From the NCBI RefSeq assembly GCF_009914755.1, contig NC_060937.1: a DNA stretch of 64,000 nucleotides; one strand, written 5' to 3'. Positions 13,288 to 26,375 of this stretch are shown in pieces (the stretch's first letter is position 1; each line of letters begins with the position of its first letter). The position numbers and the translations under genes were made by a program. Source of the stretch: the human T2T-CHM13v2.0 reference genome, Homo sapiens. Under the pieces are notes generated by a model that was not told where the DNA came from, did not search any database, and saw only the letters and a list, made by a program, of their open reading frames with translations.

Positions 13288-14329
13288 TGTAGAAATAGAG
13301 GAAGCCCACCCAGATGAGAAAAGCAGAGCCCCCTGACTTGCTGTAGCATGGAGCCCAGCCATCATCACTGTGTTTGGAAGAGACTCACACACAGGCAGAA
13401 GACCAGGAAAGCTTCAGAATGGAAGAGGGGAAGGCTCAGGTGTGCCCGCACGGGAGGCTGTTGGCCTGAGGATGGTGGCAGCGGCAGACTAGAGACAGGG
13501 ATCCCGTGTGGTTGGCGAGGGGTGCATACTTGGCTTTCTCTATTAGTTCTGAGTTAGAAGTAGGGACAAAATTTACAAAGGCCGACTATTAATCAAGTGC
13601 TGGCCACTAGGGGCTGAGTGTTATGAGGGTGGTCATTTGATTTCCTTCATGGTTACTAGAGATTGACAGCAGGCTGACTTCCTGGGTCAGTTGCTGTAGA
13701 TCATGTTGGTTTCCTGGGACCCGGGTCAGTTGCTATAGATCATGGGTTGGTTTCCTGGGACCCGGGTCAGTTGCTATAGATCATGGGTTGGTTTCCTGGG
13801 ACCCGGGTCAGTTGCTATAGATCATGGGTTGGTTTCCTGGGACTCGGGTCAGTTGCTGTAGATCATGGGTTGGTTTCCTGGGACCTGGGTCAGTTGCTAT
13901 AGATCATGGGTTGGTTTCCTGGGACCTGGGTCAGTTGCTGTAGATCATGTTGGTTTCCTGGGACCCAGGTCAGTTGCTATAGATCATGGGTTGGTTTCCT
14001 GGGACCCGGGTCAGTTGCTATAGATCATGGGATGGTTTCCTGGGACCCGGGTCAGTTGCTATAAATCATGGGTTGGTTTCCTGGGACCTGGGTCAGTTGC
14101 TGTAGATCGTGGGTTGGTTTTCTGGGATCCGGGTCAGTTGCTGTAGATCATGGGTTGGTTTCCTGGGACTTGGGTCAGTTGCTGTAGATCATGGGTTGGT
14201 TTCCTAGGACCTGGTTCAATTGCTGTAGATCATGGATTGGTTTCCTGGGAAGGTTGCTGCAGGTCGTGGGTTGGATTTCCATCTTTCTGGACCACCTGGC
14301 CATTGTCCATTGGTATATTTAGTCTCTCA
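13288..14329 (-). mobile_element. Solo ERVL-class LTR (MER54/MER73-like) carrying an expanded internal minisatellite
   Basis: Minus strand begins tgagagactaaatataccaatggacaatggccag and ends in CA at 13288; flanked by gttt on both sides (possible TSD); internal ttggctttctct...gggacaaaattt...attaatcaagt...tggcca motif. Confidence 0.65.
13679..14275. repeat. 41-bp VNTR, about 14.5 copies
   Basis: Unit ttggtttcctgggacccgggtcagttgctatagatcatggg; the gtcagttgct core recurs about every 41 bp from 13686 to 14215, with two 39-bp variants. Confidence 0.97.
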
Positions 14330-17300
14330 GTTTTTAAATATAGACAATGAGACCAAGGTCTTTCCCAAAACTTTAGGGAAATCAAGATCGCGCCCAATTC
14401 AGTCGCCTCATTAAAATATTCTAAACATCTTTTTAGGATGAAAAAAAATACTTGAATCCAAACAGGGAGAGCGGGATGATATTCTGAATCCAAATGGAGA
14501 GAGCAGGATGATATTCTGCTCTCGAGTAAAGGACACACACTCTAGTGGGTTATATGTGATCCCATAACAAAGAGGCAGAGGTCTGGGGGGGGCCCAGACC
14601 CTGGGGGATGAAAGTCCAGGCTTGAGGCTTTCGGGTGACGGAGCCAGAGTGCGGGGGAAGATGAAAGAACACCCGAGACTGCCCAGCGCCCACCACGCAG
14701 ACCCTGTCATGTCTGAGCACACTTTGACTCATGACATGGCTTGATTTTCAGGTGACTGAATTTTGGCAAGGGTGTGCCCTGGAGAGCGTGGACAGGAATA
14801 TCTCTATTACCGAAAGCGCACACATGGGCTGCCGGTCCTCTGTGAGTTTGCGTTGCCTGAGGGGGCAGATGGATAAAACCATTTACGGGCATTCAGACTA
14901 GACAGGTCCTACCCCAAGGAGGTTTTGATCCAGGGTTCCCTGTGGGAGCTCGGCCCTCAGGCCATCATCCTCAGCCTCTCTCTGGTGCCTTTTGAGCAAC
15001 ACCACAGCCCTCTTGGGGTGGACATAGAGGCTCTTAGTCAGTGCTGTGCTGAGCCACACGGGAGCTCGAGGGAAAAGGAAAAGTCAGTAATTCTGATGCT
15101 GTCTTTATTCCCAAGTTTGATATTTTGTTTTTCACAGATTTTTACATTGATGTGTGTAAACACTGCATTAAAATATTCTTTCTCTCAATGCCATTTTGCA
15201 CCCAAGTGACTGTCTGGCCTGCGCCTGGTCCTGCCCGCAGTGTCCTGAAGACCCTAACAGAATGCTGGGTCTCTTCCTCCCCCAAACACTCCTCTCTTTA
15301 CTTTATGCATTCCAAAGCTACTCAGCTGAGCCCTGATGCAAGGGAAAATGTGTAGTTAAAAATCCATTGTATGTGACGACATAATGTAATACAAATTGAG
15401 CAATGCAACATTGCTCCAAATTTTAGAAGTAACAGCAACAGAGAGACCCACTTACCATTCTGTTATTAGGGACAGATGCCTTCCTGCTTTTGAGCTTGGG
15501 AAACCCAAGTACTGCTAGACAGAGTTTCAGACACGGCAGACCATGTTACCAAATGAGAACAGAGTGAGATGGGTGAATGCTGGCCACATGCACCAGGAAG
15601 TGACATCCACGTGCACAGGAGGCCGCCCTGTCCACCCGGCAACCTCACTGCCCAGTACAGGGAAGCTGTTCATCAGACCGCAATGAATCCTCCTCCTTCT
15701 CGTGTGGCATTCCTGCTTGGACAGTGGCAGCATCAACAGAGTCCTCCTTGATGCAAGGCATGTGACAAATCGATGATGCTGAGGAGGATGGTGACATTTC
15801 AATGCCCTGGAAGGAGAAAAACTATAAGAAGAGCCTGATAAGGTGGGCACTGGTCTGTGCAGGGCATGGACCTCTAGGAAGAGCAGCACTGTCCCCCTGA
15901 AAGTGGCTCCAGTGAGTGCCGCTGCATGGGAAGGAGGCTCCCCTGGCAGCCTCCAGAGGACACTGCGGTGCACACAGAGGGCAGTGGGGTGAGTTCATGG
16001 GCTGCTGCATGACATAAAGGACGCCCAATGGAATTTGAATTTTGGATAAGCAATGAAGGCTTTTCTAGTATAAGTGTGACCCACATTGTGCACAGGCATC
16101 CTGTATTTTTACTTGCTACCTCTGGCAACCATGAGTGTGAAGGCTCAGAGGGCATGGAAGTCTCTATTTGTGTCTCCCATGCAAGACTGCTGGCAGCTAT
16201 TGAGAGCCCAGGCGAGGGTACCTGGGTGAGCCACGGCTCCTTCTGTCCCAGCGGGGCTGTTGGGAGCTCAGGAACCTGGGTGGTTTTAGCTCCAGGTCTT
16301 TGTAATTTCTTAAGAAAAGCCACCGAGTTAGAAAGAGGCAGGAGAAGGGGAGGAGTTGCAGGGAAAAGGGAAGGGAATGATTAAGAGGGTATAGGACTAC
16401 TTGATTTATGGCTTATGGGTAGGAATAGAAAGAACTAGATAGGATTTACCTTAATCGTACAGTGACTAATTGCTCAAAGATCGGTGACAGAGATGAATGC
16501 CGGTAAATATCTTTCTGGGCAAAAGCATCAAAGGTGATTAAACTCTGCTAGAATTAAGGACAATGCAACAGGGTTAAGAAAAGAGGGAAAAACATTTGTA
16601 AGATGAAGAAGTTTTCTCTAAAACCTTACCGCATCCTTATCCATCATGGGTCCTGCATGCTACATTGATCTCTGGTGTTTTACCCACTAACTTGTTCTTT
16701 GGATGTTTTCCTCATTCCTGAAAACTTTTGCTCCAGCCCTTTGGAAGTCACTATGGAATGGGGGTTTGGTGAAGGAAAGAGGAATCCGGGGATGTTTCTG
16801 TTTCTAAGACATGAAGTAAGCACAGTGTATTAGGAGAAGTGCAAAATTCTAGGGGTGGATGAAAATATCTTCCGAAGGTGGGGCAGGTAGGCAAGAAGCA
16901 ACAGCACCCAGGGTAGCTACAATTTGCTTATAGACGTACATCTTTGGGACTTACTTCACACCAGGGTCTCCAGGGAATGAACCAGACAAACTTGCCAGGG
17001 AGAAGCTTCTATTTGGAAGGAAGGTCCTCCTTAGAGGCAAGCACACAGTTCTGAATACTGGGAAGCTACTGCAGGATCCAACTTTTCCTTTCATCAGGGC
17101 GTGGCGGTGAACTTCCTGTACCGCATGGCTGGTGAGAGCAGAGATGAGGCCTCAGTGCATAAACCATCCCCCCAGCCACCCCCACCCCATCTGTAGCAGC
17201 TCTGTTGACCCAGGTGAACTGATGAATGCTGTGCCCCTTCATGAGGGGGGTCTTCAAAGCATGCCACCTGCTTGTGTTGGTGACAGAAGTGATCTAGGAA

Positions 17301-18412
17301 AGGAACTCTCTACCAGACAACAGCTTCGTGAACAATTTTGATCCCATGTTTATACATTTAAAGTCTGAATGAGCTATTTCAATTTTTGAAATGTATCATT
17401 TATTGCATGTTATTGGGAATACAGTGTTGTTTGAGAATTTGGGGAGGGACACTCTTAGGATATGCCCATTACAAGTGTTGGGACATACCGTCATTTTTTT
17501 TATGGAGAGTAAAAAAGGGAAGAAAAAGAACCCCCCAACTTGAGTTGCTGCAACTTAGCTAGCAAGCCGACTCACTGTAGTCTCCCATCTGGAGAATGTC
17601 GCTCCTGCCTGCCTGTCGGTTGGACGATTAGAGGCTGAGTGGCCCTTCCAACGTGGAGAAGCGCGTTTGATGTACATTTTCTTCATGTCCATCAGCTCCC
17701 AGGTATGAACTTGCTGAAGGCTGCCCCAGGAACAGGACGGATACAGAATCAGAATCTTGGTTTTATAGAAAATACAGTTAATGATCCTCCGCGTAGAAAT
17801 TGGTCTGTAAGAATATTATAATATATATTACGTGTGCACCAATCATTCTTCTCAGAACAACAGTGAATGTATTAGTCTTTTATTTACTGGGTTGTTTTTA
17901 TTATTTGTCAACTATTTAGTTCAGCAATTAGAATATAAGCTTCAAGGCAAGAATGTGTATTCATAATTATAATTAGGTTTCGGAAAAATTAAAACCAAGT
18001 GAAAATAAATGGCTCCCTCTCTAGAAGAAACTTGCTGCTTTGTTGTCAAGTTAGCACTGAGGCATTAAGAATTGTAGATGGCTTACAACCCACTCTTATT
18101 TATGTAGTAGGGAATGCAGGAGCAAAGAATACGAGCAGCTCCTCTGCACATCTGTTCATATGAGGTGACTTGAATGTTCGTTTTGTGTTTGGTGCCTCAA
18201 GTCCAAGCATATTTAAAGCCAATTGGTAAGGACCTAAAGTTGGTGCATTGAAATTTGTGACTTTCTTTGGTATTATCCTGTTGACTGATGGTGCTGGTCT
18301 TACAGATTCTCTGGGGTGCAGTCAGGAGCAGGCAAACTGGCAATTTTAACACATTATAAGATGGTCTGGAAGCCCCAGAGAAAGCAATCCCCTGAGACGC
18401 TGGCAATTTTCT

Positions 18413-19015
18413 TTTTTTTCTTTTTTATTTTTTTATTTTCATTTTATTTTATTTTTTCCTTTTTTTATTATATTTTAAGTTCTAGGGTACACGTGCACAA
18501 CTTGCAGGTTTGTTACATCTGTATACATGTGCCATGTTGGTGTGCTGCACCCATTAACTCATCATTTACATTAGGTATTTCTCCTAATGCTATCCCTCCC
18601 CGCTACCCCCACCCCATGACAGACCCCAGTGTGTGATGTTCCCCTTCCTGTGTCCAAGTGTTCTCAATGTTCAATTCACACCTATGAGTGAAAACATGTG
18701 GTGTTTGGTTTTCTGTCCTTGTGATAGTTTGCTGAGAATGATGGTTTCCAGCTTCATCCATGTCCCTACAAAGGACATGAACTCATCCTTTTTTATGGCT
18801 GCATAGTATTCCATGGTATATATGTGCCACATTTTCTTAATTCAGTCTATCATTGATGGGCATTTGGGTTGGTTCCAAGTCTTTGCAGTGTGGTGATTCC
18901 TCAAGGATCTAGAACTAGAAATACCATTTGACCCAGCCATCCCATTACGGGGTATATACCCCAAGGATTATAAATCATGCTGCTATAAAGACACATGAAC
19001 ATGTATGTTTATTGC
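18413..19015 (-). mobile_element. L1PA (L1PA4/5-like) 3' end with a 5' inversion
   Basis: T-rich tail and antisense 3'UTR up to 18886, then a sense segment cagtgtggtgattcctcaaggatctagaac...attgc; TSD gacgctggcaattttct (18396-18412) / gacactggcagttttct (19016-19032). Confidence 0.95.
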
Positions 19016-19767
19016 GACACTGGCAGTTTTCTGCCTCTTGGAAAGAATTAAAGTCAACCTGAAGCAGGCCTCTCTGGTTCAGCAAGCATGGAACACAGCA
19101 GCTCCCTGGAAGCCCCCATAGAGCTTGTATGGCGACCGTAATATAATGGTGCTTGCAGGGGGCGAGGGATTCTTTTTGCCCCTCTGTGCTGAGGAAACCA
19201 TTTCACTTTCTTGCCTGAATAAAAATGTTGCTGTTGTTTAATATAAGTAGCAGGAGGAGAACCCAGCACAGCAGGTACATGGCATCCAAAGACTCTCTGG
19301 AGAGACCTGGAGTTTTGTTTGGTAATGTTTTCTCTTTTAGGAGTGTCTCAGAGGTAACTCTGTGCTTACCTGATGACCCGTGGTCTGTCTGCCATAGGGA
19401 AAGCTCACGTCCACTCTGTATAAGCAAATAGCCCCTCCAGAGGGCCACCTGGAAACAGTGCTTGCTGCAGAAACCCTGCCGGGGGACTCAGGAGACACGG
19501 GGTTTAATTCTGCATAACCTTGGCGACTGCATAACCCTGGGCCAGTTGCTTGACTTCTCCAGGCCTTGGTTCCTTTATTTTCAAAACAAGTTTGGACTTG
19601 ATCTTTTCTAGCTCTCAAGTTTTGCAATTCTATGTTTTATTGTTATAAAAATGTATTCTAAGCTCAATGTTTTTCTGACAGAAATTCGGGCTCATTTTGC
19701 TCAATCACTCTCTAGAACCAAAATCCAAAAATTAGAGCAGCCTGTGTGTGCATGTCCTCTTCCCACC

Positions 19768-20066
19768 AGAGCCCCTGAGCTCTGTGCTTCTGCTACCCAG
19801 GGCTGTTCCCGCAGTCAGCTGGAGCAGGGCCCCTGAGCTCTGTGCACCTGCCACCCAGGTCTGCTCCCACAGGCAGATTGAGCAGGACCCCTGAGCTCCC
19901 TGTGCCTGCCTGTTACCCAGGACTGCTCCCACGGGCAGATGGAGCAGAGCCCCTGAGCTCCGTGTACCTGCCACCCAGGACTGCTCCTGTAGGCAGATGG
20001 AGCGGGGCCCCTGAGCTCTGTGGGCTTGTTACCCAGGGCTGCTCCCGCAGGCAGATGGAGGAGGGG
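19768..20066. repeat. About 60-bp GC-rich minisatellite, 5 diverged copies
   Basis: cccctgagctc...acccagg.ctgctccc.caggcagatggagc recurs at about 19771, 19830, 19888, 19950 and 20008. Confidence 0.93.
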
Positions 20067-20129
20067 ACATCCCACATCCCACATACTTTGGGATGTGCTC
20101 TTGTGCATATGGTCGCTTAGAAAACAAGG

Positions 20130-20880
20130 CATTCATCACGATTAAGTTGATCTCATTACCAAGCAATAAATTGGAAATTGCAATAAAATGAGGTTGATTT
20201 CTGACTGGCAAATTTTGGTTTCAGGGCGGAAAGGAAATAATCATATTTAAAGCTGCAACAGCTGTTGCATCGTATTATATTTTAAACCCTTTTAGAGGAA
20301 TTAGTTAATTAATTTTAACATTGTTAAACTCTCTTTAATAGTGTTCCAAAATACCTAGCAGTGATTAATCATGATCGGAATTTTTATCAGTCATGATCTA
20401 ATACGTTTTCCCAAAAAGAAGATTTCATTGCACATTAAAATTACTTAGTTCATATTCTTTAATTGTAGATCTTAATCCTGTTTGAAAATATAATCTTTAT
20501 CCATTCAGTGTCGTGCAAAGTTAGTGCTTCTCCTCAAAAAAACATTTTCAAACTTTGCTTGGGTTCTTTTCTTCCCCTTTGCTAAGCCATATCATTTAAT
20601 TTCATGTGGCTTTAATGAGTAATTGTTTTCAACAGTTTCTAAGAGTTTCAGTCAGCAATATTTCATTCCAGAATAAAAGGTAATGATCCGTAAATTCCTA
20701 ATGCCATAATTTTATAGCCAGTAAATTAGTCTTTAATGGGTTCAATAAGTTCTGTGATGTATGTCATTAATTGTTAATGGTGTTTTAACTAGATAATTGT
20801 TAGGAAGGGCTGTTTATCATCACCACCGGTGAATGACTGATCCCTAGTTTTGGTTCCACTTCATATCATGGAGCTTATTT
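20130..20880. promoter_or_regulatory. Candidate conserved non-coding element / developmental enhancer
   Basis: Sharp AT-rich block with no recognisable repeat; dense TAAT/ATTA, SOX-like cattgtt/aattgtt, and the perfect palindrome tgcaacagctgttgca (20254-20269); conservation itself not verifiable here. Confidence 0.5.
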
Positions 20881-21097
20881 TATCTGGCTTTGTGTGCTGA
20901 GAGCTGATGAGGTGCGCGAAACGCACAGGCCAAGCATCCCCTTCCCACATTAGCATATCCTGCACTGAGACACATAACTCTACAGCCTTCCATGCCAATT
21001 TACTTTATCTTCTGTATCAGTTAGCTGTTGGTCCTGTTATGCTGGGTAACAACCCACACCAAAACGCAGTGGCTAAAATAACCATTGTTCATGCTCA

Positions 21098-21480
21098 CTG
21101 TGATGGTTGGTTTCACGTGTCACATTGGTGAGACTGTGGTATCCAGTTATTCAGTCAAATAAGAATCTCGTGTGACCGTGAAGATACTTTGTAGATGTTA
21201 ACATCATGATCCAAATATGAATCATGTTTGAAATCTCCTTTCTTGTAGAAGATTGTAGATCTCCCTACAATCAGGAGACTCTTGAGTCAAGCAGACGACT
21301 CTCCCTAATGTGGGTGGGCCTCATCCAATCAGCTGACATTCTTAAGAGCAAAGACCGAGGCTTCCCAGAGAAGGAGGACTGCAGTGTTAGCTCCTGCCTG
21401 TGTTTCTAGCCTGCAGCCTACCCCTCGATCCTGGACTTGCCAGCCCCCCTCGCACATGCGCAGGTTCTGTGGAGACGGGC
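21098..21480 (+). mobile_element. MLT2 (MLT2D-like) ERVL LTR fragment
   Basis: Starts tgtgatggtt...gtgtca; contains ctccctaatgtgggtgggcctcatccaatcagctga, characteristic of MLT2. Confidence 0.75.
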
Positions 21481-21631
21481 TGGTCTCCTGTGGGCTCGGC
21501 TGGGGCAGGCTCTCCACTGCAGGTTGGGTCCACCTCTGTGCTTGCACCTCTCCTCCTCCTTGAGCAAGAAGGCTTCCAAGACATGCTCTTCCTGTGAGCA
21601 GCAGCAAAGAAGCAGGAGGGCTAGCCTCGTC

Positions 21632-21942
21632 TTTTTTTTTTTTTTTTTTTTTTTGAGACGGAGTCTTGCTCTTGTCACCCAGGCTAGAGTGCAATGGCAT
21701 GATCTCTGCTCACTGCAGCCTCCACTCCACCTCCTGGGTTCAAGCTATTCTCCTGCCTCAGCCTCCCAAGTAGCTGGGATTATAGGTGCACGCCAACACA
21801 CCCGGCTAATTTTTGTATTTTTAGTAGAGATGGGGTTTCACCATGTTGGCCAGGCTGGTCTTGAACTCCTAACCTCAGGTGATCTGTCCGCCTCAGCCTC
21901 CCAGAGTGCTGGGGTTACAGGCATGAGCCACCGTGCCCGGCC
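21632..21942 (-). mobile_element. AluS (Sq/Sp-like)
   Basis: Poly-T at 21632-21654, then gagacggagtcttgctcttgtcacccagg...gagccaccgtgcccggcc. Confidence 0.97.
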
Positions 21943-24774
21943 TGTGGCTTCATCCTTTGAGCATATTCCTCGCTGGTTTCAAGTTGGCCAACATCTCATT
22001 GGCCAATGCAGATCACAGGATGGAGCCCACAGTATGGGGCAGAGAAGTTCCCTCCACTCGTGTGGGAAAAACTATAAAGTCACTCAGCAAAGACAGGAGA
22101 CAAAGGAAGGGTGGAGGAGCGTGGCAACAATTCCCTCTATCTCAGCTTCTCAGCCAAGTGAGGCCAGAGACCCAGGGACCCCAACAGACACATCTCCCAG
22201 TTGCTTCTTACATATCCTGGACCAGAGAGAATTAGTTCCAGCAAGTCAAAGACACACTCAAAGCTCCCGCAGAGGTATGGTTTTCTCTAAAAACCCCACC
22301 AAGGCGCCACTGGAGAGGAGCACAGAATTCTCATTTGACAGCCTTGATGTCCATCATGCTCACTGCCTGCTTTCGTGTGTCATGTTGGCAAGGCTGTAGT
22401 ATCCAGTTATTTAGTCAAAAAGAATCTCATGTGACCATGAAGATATTTTGTAGATGTTTTTCCATTCAGGCAACCCTACGTGTGTCGACAAACAGGGGGT
22501 ATACTTTTAGAGTTTTTGCCATTGTAAAAACGAGACAATGAGCACACATTCCCTCTCCTCTCTGCATTTATGACTATTTCAGGTAGATAGTGTTGGATGC
22601 TGCTGCCATGATAACTCAACAATTACATCTGCATGGGGACATCAGGTGGAGAAAGGGGGCACAAAGAAGATGTGGCAGGCCCCTTTGGAGGGAAGGGCAT
22701 GGCTTTGCCAGTGAAGATGGATGAGCTTTGAAACAGGAATTCCTGGCCAAGGGAAAAACATGAGCAAATTCAGAGACAATGATAATTGGTGATAAATGAT
22801 AATGACTTCAGCTTAACCAAGCCTAACTCAGCTGATGCACATTCCAAATATTAACGCTTGGGCATGCATGCCTTTGGTGATCTATGTAATCTAGAAAAAA
22901 TTACTCTCAAAAAACGTGCATGGACACACACGAGACAGACTTCCAAAGCCTTCAATAGCGTAGCATAACACATGACTACAAAAAACTCGTAATGCATAAC
23001 ACACGATTACAGAACCCATAATTTTAAGGAGTTTGTGGGCTGCAGTACTATAAAAAAAAGGTATTTATGAAGCAGAATCCATAGGATGGTTGATCAATTG
23101 AGCATATGAGATTAGGAAAAGGGAAAAATCAAGAATTGCCGAGTTTTCCAAATTGATGGATTAAGTGGAGACAAGGGGGCTCGCTGTCCCGGGGCACATG
23201 GAAGGGCGGGGTCTCCGGAAGGTGAAGGTTTCGGGTGGACCCTGTGCGGCTCATCCATGCCCAGGAGGCAGCTGTCCCTCCCCATCTGAGGCCCAGGAGA
23301 GAACTGGGCTCTGAAAACAGAAACCAGGCATCACTAACACAGGAAGTGTTTGGGACATGCCTGTGTGGCCTCAACACTCCTGGGAAGCGGGTAAGGACCA
23401 TGCCAGACCATGGGAGGCAGGCAGGAGAAGTGGAAGCACCTGCATAGAGCAGCGTCTCAGACTCAGGATGGAAGGGCACGCTCGGAGCAGAGAGCGATGG
23501 GAGAGTCAGGTGCCAGGGCGAGAAGAGCACTGAGCAGAGGACATGGATTTAGCACAAAGATCATTCGTTTTTAAATTAAATCACCCAACCCCTTTGGAGA
23601 CGCCTGGACTACTTGCCTACCCCATCTGCCCTCATGGGAGACAGTGGAAGTGAGCTGAGGAGCTGCTGCAGGCTCTGGCAGTGGGTCCCAGGGTCCCTGG
23701 GAACAGGTGGAATCTGGAGTTAGTGAAGGGCCCCGGAGGGTCTGAAAGGCATCCACATCACCTACCATTGAGAAGCACTGGTCTTGAGGATGGTGTCGTG
23801 CCCACAGTTAAAATTCTGGATGCACTAACTGTTCCATGAAGTACTCCTTCCTTGAAATTCATGAGAATGGGACCTGGATTCCAATTCATCAAAAATATTC
23901 ATTCTATACCACCCATGCAGAGAGTGGTATAGAAATACACTCTGGGCCCGATGGTGGGAGGTGCAGCCCCCACACAGAGTTCTTCCTGCTATCCGAGTCT
24001 GTCATCCAGAGAGGCTGGAGATCTTCGTGGGGTAAAACATTGCTGCTGCTGAGGAATGGTAAATGAGTTATGTGCAGAGTGACGCCGCATCAGTGGAGAT
24101 AGAAAACCAATGACGCTTCCTTGTTCATGCTAATATCTAAAATATCCCTGAGCTCAGCTCATGTATTCATAGATTTTTGAAATGCAGCATATTGCACTGC
24201 CAATATGAAAGCACTGATAATATGCGGTGTCTAAGTAGTGCTAACAAAACAAAAGTAACATAGCTTACAGAAACCCCGGAATTCAGGCAATAATCAAAAG
24301 TACTATTGTTCAAATCAGAACAAATTTAATAAAGATAGTATCAGGTCTTGAAAAATAACCTCCTCATATTATATGTAATAATAACAACAATATGAATCAG
24401 TGGAAAGCAAGGTTGACTAAGCAGTAGAAAAAATATAAAACCACATCAACATTATCCTCGCTAGTTTCAAAATGCATACAAACTTTCTCACACATAGAAG
24501 TTCATAGAGATCAAACATAATCACTACAGCCACCAAGAAACAGTGCAGGTTGAACATAAGAAGAGTAGTAAGATTCATTCAGCACACTTGAGTAGCTACT
24601 ATGGGCCAGGCAATACGTGAGGTTCAAGCACACAGAGATTAGTAATAGTTCATTGCTGCCATTGAAGAGTTAGCATCTTAATAAGTGAAATAACCTAAGG
24701 GAAGTATTTCAATGTTTATAGCAATCCATTGATCAACACATCACTGTTCATCTCTGAATACTTTTCCTTCCTTA

Positions 24775-25578
<804 letters not shown>

Positions 25579-25579
25579 A

Positions 25580-26375
<796 letters not shown>

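Larger units (their letters stand above)
21012..22132 (-). mobile_element. MLT1H/I-like MaLR LTR split by an MLT2 LTR and an Alu
   Basis: ctgtatcagttagctgttg...aacccacaccaaaacgcagtggctaaaataacca at the left; acatctcattggccaatgcagatcacagga...cccaca at the right. Confidence 0.6.

Noticed and set aside
13601-13616. tggccactaggggctg as a CTCF site
   Set aside because: One G short of the core spacing and lies inside an LTR; too weak to call
13679-14275. Regularly spaced repeats superficially like a CRISPR array (also at 42635, 58244 and 58579)
   Set aside because: Units are head-to-tail with no unique spacers, there are no cas genes, and the context is primate
21437-22399. Longest ORF (320 aa)
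   Set aside because: It reads through an MLT1 LTR, a poly-T tract (poly-Phe) and an antisense Alu, giving a typical Alu-derived peptide with no domain signal
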